From Octopus bimaculoides (lineage: Eukaryota): a stretch of 64,000 nucleotides of DNA. The DNA lies in the NCBI RefSeq assembly GCF_001194135.2, contig NC_069003.1, forward strand, positions 31,448,109-31,512,108, written 5' to 3'. Below the pieces are notes generated by a model. It was not told where the DNA came from. It did no database searches and saw nothing but the letters and a program-made list of their open reading frames with translations. Both the position numbers and the translations under genes were made by a program. Positions 53,030-64,000 of this stretch are shown piece after piece (the first letter of the stretch is position 1; each line of letters starts with the position of its first letter).

Positions 53030-53295
53030 AACCCTGATGCATCAGGACCTGGCAGTGAACTAACTATCTCTTCTAACCTGTGGCATTTAAGACGTTTGGA
53101 GGGTTTGGGCTGCTAATGGCGAAGTTCTTGTCATCGTTGGCAGCTCGCCTTACCGAGGTGTCAGGTGATGCTCACGAGGGTGGAGCTTGGCTTTTCCAAC
53201 GCCCTAGCCTCTCCAGCGCTTGTGGTAATGCCGTGAGCGTACTGGCTTGCTTGGGTAGGTTCCTTGGAACCTTCTGGTATGCGACCAATTGAGAC
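53030..53295 (+). mobile_element. CRE-clade non-LTR retrotransposon 3' relic (endonuclease C-terminus)
   Basis: PVAFKTFGG...FLSSLAARL...AWLFQRPS...GNAVSVL matches the CRE terminal motif FQRLS.A.QRGNAASV.G. Confidence 0.7.
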
Positions 53296-54387
53296 ACTTG
53301 GTGCAGCTTTGATGTCTTTTCGTTCTCGTTTTTTGTTTGTTTTTTCTATTGTGAAATATATTCCTCTTCACTGAATTATTGCAAACTGTAACAACTAATA
53401 TTATATTATATCATATCATATTATATTATATTATATTATATGAATGTTGTCAAACACTTTAAATATAAACGAAATATGGAATAATTCTATTTTGGAACGG
53501 GGAAATTCGAAGTAGATAAAGTTATAAGTAATAGCGAATAAATATCGAGCTAAAAAAAAAAAAAAACTCCTTTGAATAGGAAAAGTCGAATGCTGCTCGT
53601 AGAATTCGAACCCACATTCTCTGTTTGCATGACAGACGTTCTAAAACTAAGTATCGAGGTTCTTATTAATATTACTGTTGTTATTAATATTACTGCACGT
53701 TGGTCAAAAATGCTTAGCGGCATTTTATTCAGGCTCATGTAAACTTTACCCTTTGTCCTTGGAGGGTCTATAAAATAAGTACCACTTGAGCCCTGGGGTC
53801 GATGTAATCGACTTAACCCCCCTCTCCCGAAATTTCTGGTCTTACGCAAATATCTGAAGCCATCATTATTATTATTGTCATTGTTCCTGTTTTGATAAAT
53901 TAAAAACATTTTAAAATAAAATAGAATAATTTTCCAGATTCAGAATCTCCGGTGTTCAAAACAATAAGTCGAAGATCATATTCTTTGTTTAACTTTTAAA
54001 AAAAATCATAATCAAAAAAAAAATTGAGACAGTAAAAATTTATCCGCACACGAATCTGCTGTTGTGGTGCCTGCTCATATTAAAAGTGTAATTAGCGGGA
54101 GATTTAATTATTATTTCTAGTAGATTAAGTAAATTTCTGTGGTTGGGTCATGTTTCAAACAATAGAAAACGGAATGCAGTTTTTATTGTCCATTTAGCCA
54201 TCCGTAATTCTTTCACGCACGCACGCATATGCACACACCTGCGTACGTATACACGCACACTGATACATAGTCACTCTTTCCATCTCAACTCTCTCTCTCT
54301 CTACTTCCTCTCTCTCTCTCTCTTTCCCTCATTCCTCCTCTCTCTCTCTCTCTTTCCCTCATTCCTCCTCTCTCTCTCTAAACACCA

Positions 54388-54485
54388 GTAAGTAGTTGAA
54401 CTACTTCTACCTCTTCCTCTTTCTACAAAGTTCAAGGATTTATAAACACTTGTGTTGTCATATATCGTCACTTGACTCCCCGCAG
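54388..54485 (+). other. Candidate 98-nt 5'-UTR intron of PGM2
   Basis: CA/GTAAGT donor, CTTGAC branch-like site, TCCCCGCAG/ acceptor 10 nt before the ATG. Confidence 0.5.
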
Positions 54486-54495
54486 TTGCATCACA

Positions 54496-56307
54496 ATGGC
54501 TCAACAAAAGAAATCTACTGGAAACCAAGAGCTGGACGCCAAAATAGAACAGTGGATGTTATGGGATAAGAACGAACAAACTCGTTCGGAAATCAACGAT
54601 CTTCTAGAAAAACAAAACATCGCCGAACTGAAGAAATGTCTTTTGAAACGCATCAGTTTCGGCACTGCTGGCCTTCGTGCGAAGATGGGCGCTGGATTTG
54701 CTTATATGAACGAACTGATTATCATACAAGCCACCCAAGGTATACTTCGTTACCTAGAAGCTGACGATTGTGAGAAATTGAAAGCGAAAGGTGTAGTTGT
54801 CGGTTACGATGGTCGCTACAACAGCTTAAGGTTTGCACAGTTGGTTGCTAATATTTACGTTCGAGCTGGAGTGCCCGTTTATTTGTATTCAAGGATGTGC
54901 CCCACCCCCTATGTACCTTATGCTGTCTCCTATTATGGCTGTCGATGTGGCGTTATGGTGACAGCGTCGCACAATCCGAAAGAGGACAATGGGTATAAAG
55001 TCTACTGGAATAACGGAGCACAGATCGTATCTCCGTATGAAAAATATCTCTCCGATTCCATTGATAACAACCTGGAGCCATGGAGTACATCATGGGATAC
55101 TTCAGTATTGAAAGATAACCCACTCGTTCGCGATCCTTACGAAACCGTATACACTGAATATAATAAAGACTTGGAAAGTCTCTGCTTTCATAAAACACAG
55201 AATCAGAAGACTCCACTGAAATTCACTTATACAGCCATGCACGGAGTCGGTTACCCATTCACATCTCGATCGCTTGAGGTATTTGGTTTCAGTCCACCAA
55301 TTCCTGTTAAAGAGCAGGTGGAAGCCGACCCTGATTTCCCAACCGTGAAGTACCCTAACCCAGAAGAAGGGGAGGGTGCCTTAAAGCTGGCAATGAAAAC
55401 TGCTGACGAACACCAAAGTTCCATCATTCTGGCCAACGATCCTGACGCCGATCGACTAGCAGTGGCCGAGAAAGTAGACGGCAAATGGAAAATATTTACT
55501 GGAAACGAACTGGGGGCCCTGTTTGGTTGGTGGTTGGTAAAATGTTACAAAGAGAACCATCCTAACAAATCTATGTCTGATGTTTATATGTTATCCAGTA
55601 CTGTTTCCTCAAAAATATTGAAAGCTATCGCCAACAAAGAAAACTTGAATTTCGTGGAAACTTTAACGGGTTTTAAATGGATGGGCAGCGAATCTTACAA
55701 ACTGATCAACCAAGGTAAATGTGTTTTGTTTGCATTCGAGGAAGCTATAGGTTTTATGTGTGGCAGTAAGGTTCTTGACAAAGACGGTGTAAGTGCTGCA
55801 GCTGTTATAGCCGAGATGGCCAGTTATGTTCACCAGGCAGGTAGAAATTTAAATGATCAATTGGAACAGGTCTACTCCACTTACGGCCACCACCTGTCTA
55901 TAAATTCATATTTCCTCAGTTATGATTCGTCGGCCACTGACCAAATGTTCGCCGATCTTCGAAACTATCAAGGAACAGGGACTCATCCGAAAAGTTGTGG
56001 ACCCTATGCTATCAGCGGTATACGGGATTTAACTGTGGGTTACGACAGTAACACCGAGGACGGTGTACCTCTGCTACCAACGAGTAAGTCAAGCCATGTC
56101 ATTACTTTCACGTTTGAATGCGGTTGTATAGCGACCCTAAGGACCAGTGGGACAGAACCGAAGATCAAATATTACACTGAACATTGTCCCAAGCCTGACA
56201 GGGGTCTCGGAAAGGCTGATGTCATGAAAGAATTGCAAGATATTGTCAAATGCATTGAAAAGTACTTTTATCAACCTGAAAAATACGGATTTGTTGCTCG
56301 TACATAA
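54496..56307 (+). CDS. PGM2: Phosphoglucomutase-2 / phosphopentomutase (PGM2/PGM2L1 pro-ortholog), intronless CDS, 603 aa
   Basis: FGTAGLR; TASHNP phosphoserine loop (54961-54978); DPDADR metal loop (55438-55455); FAFEEAIG; RTSGTEPKIKYY. ATG in ACAATGG context, whereas the ORF track starts at an upstream TTG. Confidence 0.96.
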   Translation: MAQQKKSTGNQELDAKIEQWMLWDKNEQTRSEINDLLEKQNIAELKKCLLKRISFGTAGLRAKMGAGFAYMNELIIIQATQGILRYLEADDCEKLKAKGVVVGYDGRYNSLRFAQLVANIYVRAGVPVYLYSRMCPTPYVPYAVSYYGCRCGVMVTASHNPKEDNGYKVYWNNGAQIVSPYEKYLSDSIDNNLEPWSTSWDTSVLKDNPLVRDPYETVYTEYNKDLESLCFHKTQNQKTPLKFTYTAMHGVGYPFTSRSLEVFGFSPPIPVKEQVEADPDFPTVKYPNPEEGEGALKLAMKTADEHQSSIILANDPDADRLAVAEKVDGKWKIFTGNELGALFGWWLVKCYKENHPNKSMSDVYMLSSTVSSKILKAIANKENLNFVETLTGFKWMGSESYKLINQGKCVLFAFEEAIGFMCGSKVLDKDGVSAAAVIAEMASYVHQAGRNLNDQLEQVYSTYGHHLSINSYFLSYDSSATDQMFADLRNYQGTGTHPKSCGPYAISGIRDLTVGYDSNTEDGVPLLPTSKSSHVITFTFECGCIATLRTSGTEPKIKYYTEHCPKPDRGLGKADVMKELQDIVKCIEKYFYQPEKYGFVART

Positions 56308-58521
56308 TCCCATAAATATGTTTGTGTGTGTATATATTATATATGTATTTATATATGTGTGTACCCATACATATATCATAGATGATGTTCGCACACACAC
56401 ACTCACGCATACACATTTTTTTTTTTATTATGCAAATTACTGCTGTCCCCCAAATTATTGTTAACACTTATTTTTCTTTATGTTTAATTGATCAGACGGG
56501 TTCCTATTGTCTGTACTTAGATGACCGAAGTCCAGTAAGATTAAACCGTGTCCCATGTTTATCACTGTTCCCGTTCAGATCCAATTTTCGATTGATCATG
56601 AGAATTTAATTTGTTTTCATCTACTTTTTTTTTTTAAATTTTAATTTGTAACTTATCGGAGTTATTCTTCCACCCTTTTCTTTGTAACTAGCTTACCAAT
56701 GCTACTTTAGGTTTTCTTTCTCCAACTTTAAATTCTTCAAGAATCTTTTGCGTTCGGTGGTCATTCAGTACAACCTTGCTTCCTTTCTATCACTCCACGC
56801 CTTTATGGTACATGAGTTATTTCCCTTGGTTCAATTTTTTTTTTTTAACATACAATGATAATTATCTTCGCGCGAACATACATATATATGTGTATGTATA
56901 TACATATATATATTTATANNNNNNNNNNNNNNNNNNNNNNNNNNNNNNNNNNNNNNNNNNNNNNNNNNNNNNNNNNNNNNNNNNNNNNNNNNNNNNNNNN
57001 NNNNNNNNNNNNNNNNNNNNNNNNNNNNNNNNNNNNNNNNNNNNNNNNNNNNNNNNNNNNNNNNNNNNNNNNNNNNNNNNNNNNNNNNNNNNNNNNNNNN
57101 NNNNNNNNNNNNNNNNNNNNNNNNNNNNNNNNNNNNNNNNNNNNNNNNNNNNNNNNNNNNNNNNNNNNNNNNNNNNNNNNNNNNNNNNNNNNNNNNNNNN
57201 NNNNNNNNNNNNNNNNNNNNNNNNNNNNNNNNNNNNNNNNNNNNNNNNNNNNNNNNNNNNNNNNNNNNNNNNNNNNNNNNNNNNNNNNNNNNNNNNNNNN
57301 NNNNNNNNNNNNNNNNNNNNNNNNNNNNNNNNNNNNNNNNNNNNNNNNNNNNNNNNNNNNNNNNNNNNNNNNNNNNNNNNNNNNNNNNNNNNNNNNNNNN
57401 NNNNNNNNNNNNNNNNNNNNNNNNNNNNNNNNNNNNNNNNNNNNNNNNNNNNNNNNNNNNNNNNNNNNNNNNNNNNNNNNNNNNNNNNNNNNNNNNNNNN
57501 NNNNNNACATATATAAATTCTTCTATTTACCTAATATCGAGGTCTCATTCTTTTGTTGTCATTTTAGGATTATTATATAAATATATATATATATATAATA
57601 CATACACACATACACCACACAAATATCTTAACAGAACCAAATACAGTATTTAAACAATACAAATATATTGTTTAGAACACCGAGTGAAAGGAAAAACATA
57701 GAATTTTTTTCCAGTGCCAGATTTACCATTGTGAAAATGGTGAACAACGGGGTTTGGGGAGGGTTTTTTTATGAATAAAAAAATGTTGAAAACTCTTACT
57801 TTTTTTTTTTTTCTACCTGTTGCTCTAGTTTATAAGTAAACAATTTATGTTGTCTATTGTTATTTAGTATTAAATAGTAGAAACATTTTTGGAAAGAAAT
57901 GTTATGATTAAAATAGTTTTGTGCGGTCTGGCATATAACCTACTACTTTAAACTCGGCATCTATGTGTATATCTTATCAATTAAACCAGGGTCTCTATGG
58001 CCCCTGTGGGTCCATTTAAGATTTTTGGGGGATCCACAGTAGTATTTTAAGGGCCCCTGAAAAAATGTTGCTTTCGATCTATATATTGCTAGAAACAGCT
58101 CAGTTTCTTTAATGTTTTACATAGTTCAACCTACACAAGTTAATGGGTGAAAAGCAAAAATAGGAATTTTGCAAAGAGGTTCCTATAAAGCTAGTTTATA
58201 AATATCGAATTGTTAAGGGGCTCCACCAGAATAGAATAGTAATCAAAGGGCTCCATAAGTAGAAAAATGGTTGAGAATCCCTGAGTTAGACAATCGAAAG
58301 GTTGAGGTTGACAACATTGTTGGACTGTTCCTAAAGAGCATCAATTAACTTCTGCTCTATATATTATTTATGTTATCAGCATTATCAGTTTCAGCTGACT
58401 CCCTCTGTCACTTTCTTTCCCTGTTACCCCCCCCCCTCTCTCTCTCTCTCTCAGTAACTTCAGAGAACTGGATCAGTTAATTTGCACATACCATGAGTAT
58501 TTAACACTTCATATATATACA

Positions 58522-58552
<31 letters not shown>

Positions 58553-60145
58553 CTCTTTTACTCTTTAATTCTTTTACATGTTTCAGTTATTTGACTGCGG
58601 CCATGCTGGAGCACCACCTTTAGTCGAACAAATCAACCCCAGGACTTATTCTTTGTAAGCCTGGAACTTATTTTATCAGTCTCTTTTGCCTAATCATTAA
58701 GTTATAGGGACGTAAACACACCAGCAATGGTGGGAGGGGGGACAAATACATACAAAATGTTATGTGGTATTTATTTATGTCATACTTTGTTCTGAGATCA
58801 AATCCCACCAAGGTTAATCTTAACTTTTCTTTATCCAGGGGTTGACAAAATAAAGTAGCAGTGAGAGACATCAATCAATCCACCAATCACCTCCTTTCAA
58901 AATTTCTGGTCTTGTAGCTACTTAATTAAAGCAATTATTATTATTGTTATCAAATTTTGCAGTTTCAGGAGAGGGGTAAGTCGATCAGATGATACTCATT
59001 TTATTAGGCCCTGAAAAGATGAAAGGCCAAGTTGACCCTTGGTGAGGTTTGAACTCAGAATGCAAAGACAAGCAAACTGCCACTAAGCATTTTGCCTGGC
59101 ATGGCAACAATTCTGCCAGCTCACCACCTTAACCCTTTAGCATTTAAACTGACTATATCCGGCCGAAATAATCTACCTGTTTTATTTTCAAGCTGGCCAG
59201 ATCCAGCCTTTCACACTTAACCTATAATATTATTCTAAAAATAAACAATTACATCATTGAAATCTCAAAGCTACAAGGTAATGCATGATTAATTCAAATC
59301 AATGTAAATTAATAAGCATTGCATTTGACAGAGAAAGCCGAATGCTAAATGGTTAAATACATATATATACAGACTCCTTTGTAACTCAGGCACAAGGCAT
59401 GAAATTTTGCCCCTGATCAGCCCTTGTCAAATAGGTCTATGATGAAAAGTATTCCAGCCGTGGCCACCCACACTATTTTGTATATCAGATACTACATAAT
59501 GCAATATATCTTTTACTTCAAATATCAGGATGTAATTGTGGGAGATTTGATTGCTACTTCTTGTATGTCAAGTGACCATGTAGAAGCTCTTTTGTTGAAC
59601 AGAGAAACCAGTCAATGAGGAAAGGGGATATTTTAAGCAGTGACACAGCAAGGAGATGTTATGCTTCTCTGGTTAGAAACAACACACAAACACACACACT
59701 CTCTCTCTCTCTCTCTCTCTTTCAATATTAGATTTTCTTCAGAGAGATTGGTATAAGAAATGAGTTACTTTGGAAGGATAAGGGAAAGAGCTGGTTTTGT
59801 TTCGGCAACATTATTATCATTATTATTATCATTATTATTATTATTATTATTTATTCATCTGTTGTTGTCGACAATGACAAAGGACATCACATGGGAAAAG
59901 AAGACAGGGCACAGAGTGTCTGGCTTGTAGGCTGATCAGTCCAAAGCATGCTTGGAAGGCTCCACTGCTAGTTGAGCACTGATGGTCTATTGGGACTGAA
60001 AGCAAGAAGTTGGCTCTGGGCTTGTGTAGTTCGCATTTTCTTTGTGCACCTCTAATCCAGTTCTGTTCACAGGAGGTTGCACCTCTGTTGGTGCATCTTC
60101 GCCAAGCAGGGCAGTCTTGTGGTTTGTGCTTGTGCTTTCATACAC

Positions 60146-60176
<31 letters not shown>

Positions 60177-60204
60177 TAATATAGGACAATCGGTTGGGTT
60201 GTCA

Positions 60205-60260
60205 TAATATTACTCAGAGTTTCAGATGCCAGGGATAAAAGACATCCTCATCAGTTATTA
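60205..60260 (-). ncRNA. Type I hammerhead ribozyme motif, second family
   Basis: UAAUAA-CUGAUGA-GGAUGUC/GGCAUCU-GAAAC-UC-U-GA-GUA-AUAUUA; core intact, one mismatch at the first stem I pair. Confidence 0.65.
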
Positions 60261-60385
60261 AGACAAAAATGCTATGAAAAAACTTTTTTCATAGCATCTG
60301 AAACTTCTGAGAATTATTATGACAACTGATTGTCCTATAGTTCTATATTTAAGAGATGAGGAATTATTTACATTATTTACATTTG

Positions 60386-60649
60386 CCCACGGGCATATGG
60401 CGTAGTGGTTAAGAGCGCAGGCTACTAACCCCAAGGTTCCGAGTTCGATTCACGGCAGCGACCTGATTAATAATAGTAATAATAATAATAATATAATAAT
60501 AATAGTAACATCGTTAGGAATGAGAACCCAGGTTCGAAATTTCTCCAAGACACCTGACGAAGGCTGGAGGGTATATCAGCCGAAACGTTGTGTTAACAAC
60601 AAACAAGATGAGGTTAAATATCCGTCAAATGTAAATAATGTAAATAATG
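60386..60649 (+). mobile_element. tRNA-headed SINE with (TAA)n spacer and 3' hammerhead
   Basis: A box TGGCGTAGTGG at 60398, B-box-like GAGTTCGATTC at 60441; tRNA-Arg-like arms. Confidence 0.88.
60549..60594 (+). ncRNA. Minimal type I hammerhead ribozyme motif (core and stems intact)
   Basis: GACAC-CUGACGA-A-GGCUG/CAGCC-GAAAC-GUU-GUGUU; palindromic AACGUU stem III. Confidence 0.75.
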
Positions 60650-61695
60650 TGATTGTCCTATATTATATATCTATAGATAAATTCCTCTATTTACATAATA
60701 TCGAGGTCTCATTCATTCTTTTGTTGTCATATTATTATTATTATTAATATATATATGTTTACCTTACATAAGCTTTATCATAATAAGGGTTTAAACATAA
60801 ATTTATTCTAAGGAGGTGTGATATTGTGATGTCCATACCTAAGAGTATTAGTGACAGAAGTCAATTAGTCCCAACCATGGTTGTCAACCTTGGGTTACTA
60901 ACAAAATCATATGGCAACTAATTTACACAAATAAAGATATTTTTGATAAACTCTTACATAGAAAATTGTGTATGTATCTATGTATATCAATATACATGTG
61001 TGTGTGTATGTGTTTGTGATATTTTGGAAGGAGGTCATGTGATCACCTCTTTACAAGTTTTACATATATTAAATATCCTTATTGTTTCATATTTTGAAGA
61101 CATTGATCCAATATGGCCTTAATGTTGATGGCTAAAATCACTTGTACGTAGCCCTTTTTTTTTTTTTCTGTGTATATTTGAGGTGAAATATTGCTAAAAC
61201 ATTTTCACATTTTTACATTTATATTTTCTGCTCTTTAAGAAATCCATATTGTGTTTCATGGCTTGTTTTTTTTCAACTTCCCTTCAACTACACCATTTTT
61301 ATACACACACACACACATATTTGTGTATATATCTATACACACACACACACACACATATATATTTGCGTATATATCTACACACACACACACACACTCGTTA
61401 GTGTAAAAATGGGAGGAAAGTGAGTACTAGATACTTGTAGACTTTATATATTTATATATTTATTCAACTGAAGTTGTATACCAGTGCTTCACCCATATTT
61501 ACATATATATACTCACATACATGCATATGCATGTACACATACACACGCATACATACATACATACATACATACAAGGGTTGAACACTCTTAAGAAGAACTC
61601 AAATAAAACTCAAAGCCAAAAAAAAAAAAACTATATATATATGCGTGCATGTGAAGAAAGAAAACCAAAGAATTTGCCATTTCTAAACATAAACA

Positions 61696-61726
<31 letters not shown>

Positions 61727-64000
61727 GCAATAGAAACCTAGAAACTTGAAAGTCAAAAATGATTTGTCTAGATATTTTGGTGTTTTGTGAAGAATCTTAG
61801 ATTAAATATATTACAACTTAATGAGTCGTGCGTAGTTTTTCTGCAAGTTAGCTATGAACCTTCATTGTTCATTTTGTATATCTTCTACTGGTGAAAAATA
61901 AAGCTTATAACATTTAGCATATAGCCATTTAGACTAATTCTAGATCAGTTTGATGTATGGAGATATTTCTCTCTTTTATATTATTGTTTGTTTTGTTTTT
62001 GTCGCTCTGTTATCATATATTTTTACTGTTTAATTAAAGTATCCTTTTCTTTAAAGGAACGAAAAAATTATTGTTTATGTTTATTATTTCGAATTTCTTG
62101 CTAGATTTTCTTATTAACCATATGTACACAACCACACACATACATACATACATATGATAGGTTTCTTTCAGTTTCCATCCACCAAATCCACAGTTGGGAA
62201 GCAAACTTCTTTCCACACAGCCACACTGAATAGAGAAGCCGTAGCTTCCAAAGTAAATATCAGTAAATATTTTCTTCCTTGCTGATTTTTACAAGTAATA
62301 TTCCCATCTTGCAGAGCAACTGATTTCTGTGACTACCTAATTCTACATCTGTCTCAAACAAATAAATTAGCGTTGCTTATGTCTGCATCAATATTCGTGT
62401 TGATACAAACATAAGTATTTAATAACAGGGTTATTCTTTATCTCGGCGCTGTCTTTCTCACAGATGGCATCGTATATTGTTTTTAGCAATGTCATGCTGC
62501 ATAGAAAGACAGAAACTTAGGAGACATTTTTAAACAGCTGTTCATTATGTGGTAATATATTCCACAGAAATATGACATAATCAACGTTTTTGCTTGCATT
62601 TTGGACGTTTCACCTTTTGACATTCAGATTTCTTTGTCAGATGTATTGCTTATTGAATTCACACTGTTTTGAATTAATCACAGATCATCTTGTAACTTCA
62701 AGATCTCAACGATGTGTTAGTGAATTTTTAAAATGACATTGTAGGGTAGATATGGTCAGTTTTAGTATAAGACAGGTGGAATATTTGGGCTGGATATGGC
62801 CAGATTAAATGCTAAAGGGTTAAGGGCTCTATTATCTCTTCAGTTCCTTAGTTATTTTGTAGCTATTTCCGGTTCTTGAATTGCAAACGTTTACCCTTCA
62901 AAATGTGATGGGATGTAACAGTCACACACCCAAGTGAGGTTATACTTCTTCATATCAGTATCAACTTCATAATGTTTGCATAATCTTTTCTTCTGTATTT
63001 TGGTATGCAATATATTTCTCTCAGATTTTTGCTGAGGTATGCTTGTATACAGTTCTGAGCTAGCATGGAAGGCTGTTGCAAAGTGAATACTTGAGAAGTT
63101 CACTATCAAACCATAGGATGTTGTTCCCTTCATTTTTGAGCACCTGAATGATGTATTTGTTTCTGTTGTTGTTGTTTAATATCTTAATCTACCATGACTG
63201 TGAAGGTGCATGGCTCAGTGGTTAGAGCATCAGACTCACAATCATAAGGTAGTGAGTTTGATTCTTGGACTGGGTTGTGTGTTGTGTTCTTGAGCAAGAC
63301 ACTTTATTTCATATCGCTCCACTTCACTCAGCTGTAGAAATGAGTTATTACATCAACATCACTGGTACCAAATTGGATTGGCCTTTGCCTTTCTCTTGGA
63401 TAACATCAGTGATGTGGAGAGGGGAGGCTGGCATGCATGAGCGACTGCTGATCTTTCATAAACAACTCTGCCTCGGAGGGAACCTTATAGGTTCAATCCC
63501 ATGATCATCCATGACCGAAGAGGGTCTTAACTTCACCATGGCCTGTTACTGGAACTCACTAGTGATGCCACATATTTTCAATCACTCTGAATACTGTTTA
63601 ATTACAATATTTCATAATTAAACTTTAACATTTAGCACTCAGGTCATCCTTGAAATCATGTCAACGATACAGAATAAAGTATTTTCTCAATTTATGAAAA
63701 TGTACCACTTGTGATGCATATGGGAGTTGTGTGAAGTTTATGATGAACCACCAATGGTACATGTGACGGTTAGAATATTAATAGATACTTGTCAAGCCGT
63801 CCAATCCACACCAGCATGGACAACTGATATCAAATGATGATGATATAGTTTCAGGAGTTATATGAATAATATAGCTATGTGGAGTTATCTTAACGATATA
63901 GGTGTGTGGGTTTACTTGAATAAAATAGTTGTGTGGGTTGCATTAACAATCGTGTGTGTGTGTGTCGGGGTTATTCATTAAGAAGTGAATCCAAATGAAT

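Noticed and set aside
53591-53662. tRNA-Ala(TGC)-like cloverleaf on the minus strand
   Set aside because: Anticodon and T arms fold, but the acceptor stem is mismatched and U33 is absent; pseudogene or SINE head at best.
54472-54495. TTG start for PGM2 given by the ORF track
   Set aside because: ATG at 54496 has good context and matches the PGM2 N-terminus; the TTG lies in the candidate intron.
54496-56307. Bacterial horizontal transfer as the explanation for the intronless PGM
   Set aside because: N- and C-terminal motifs (QW..WDKN, FYQPEKY) are animal PGM2-type; a phylogeny would confirm this.
60389-60465. tRNA gene with ACT anticodon (also at 24510-24575)
   Set aside because: Poor acceptor stem, atypical anticodon, and followed by the SINE body; it is a SINE head.

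Overview
AT-rich, microsatellite- and SINE-dense animal genomic DNA from a gapped draft assembly. The repeat landscape suggests an octopus or other coleoid cephalopod (inference). Two protein-coding genes lie on the + strand. (1) A 25-exon stretch (2507-40809, 5' end outside the window or in a gap) encodes an ENPP1-3-type ectonucleotide pyrophosphatase/phosphodiesterase. Its PDE + nuclease-like (NUC) module occurs twice in tandem, apparently in one reading frame joined by a chimeric exon (18578-18792). The upstream module appears to have lost a Zn-ligand His and the EF-hand, while the downstream module keeps every visible catalytic motif. (2) An intronless 603-codon PGM2-like phosphoglucomutase/phosphopentomutase (54496-56307) is a probable retrogene, with a candidate 5'-UTR intron. 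Introns and intergenic DNA hold many tRNA-derived SINEs, relics of Penelope-like (PLE), R4/Dong, RTE and CRE retrotransposons, mariner fragments, and mariner-, piggyBac-, hAT- and Helentron-type non-autonomous elements. Several minimal type I hammerhead-ribozyme motifs were found by eye. One sits inside a tRNA-headed SINE that occurs in head-to-head arrangements, and these cluster at 60.2-60.65 kb. All alignments and folds were done by eye; none was computed.
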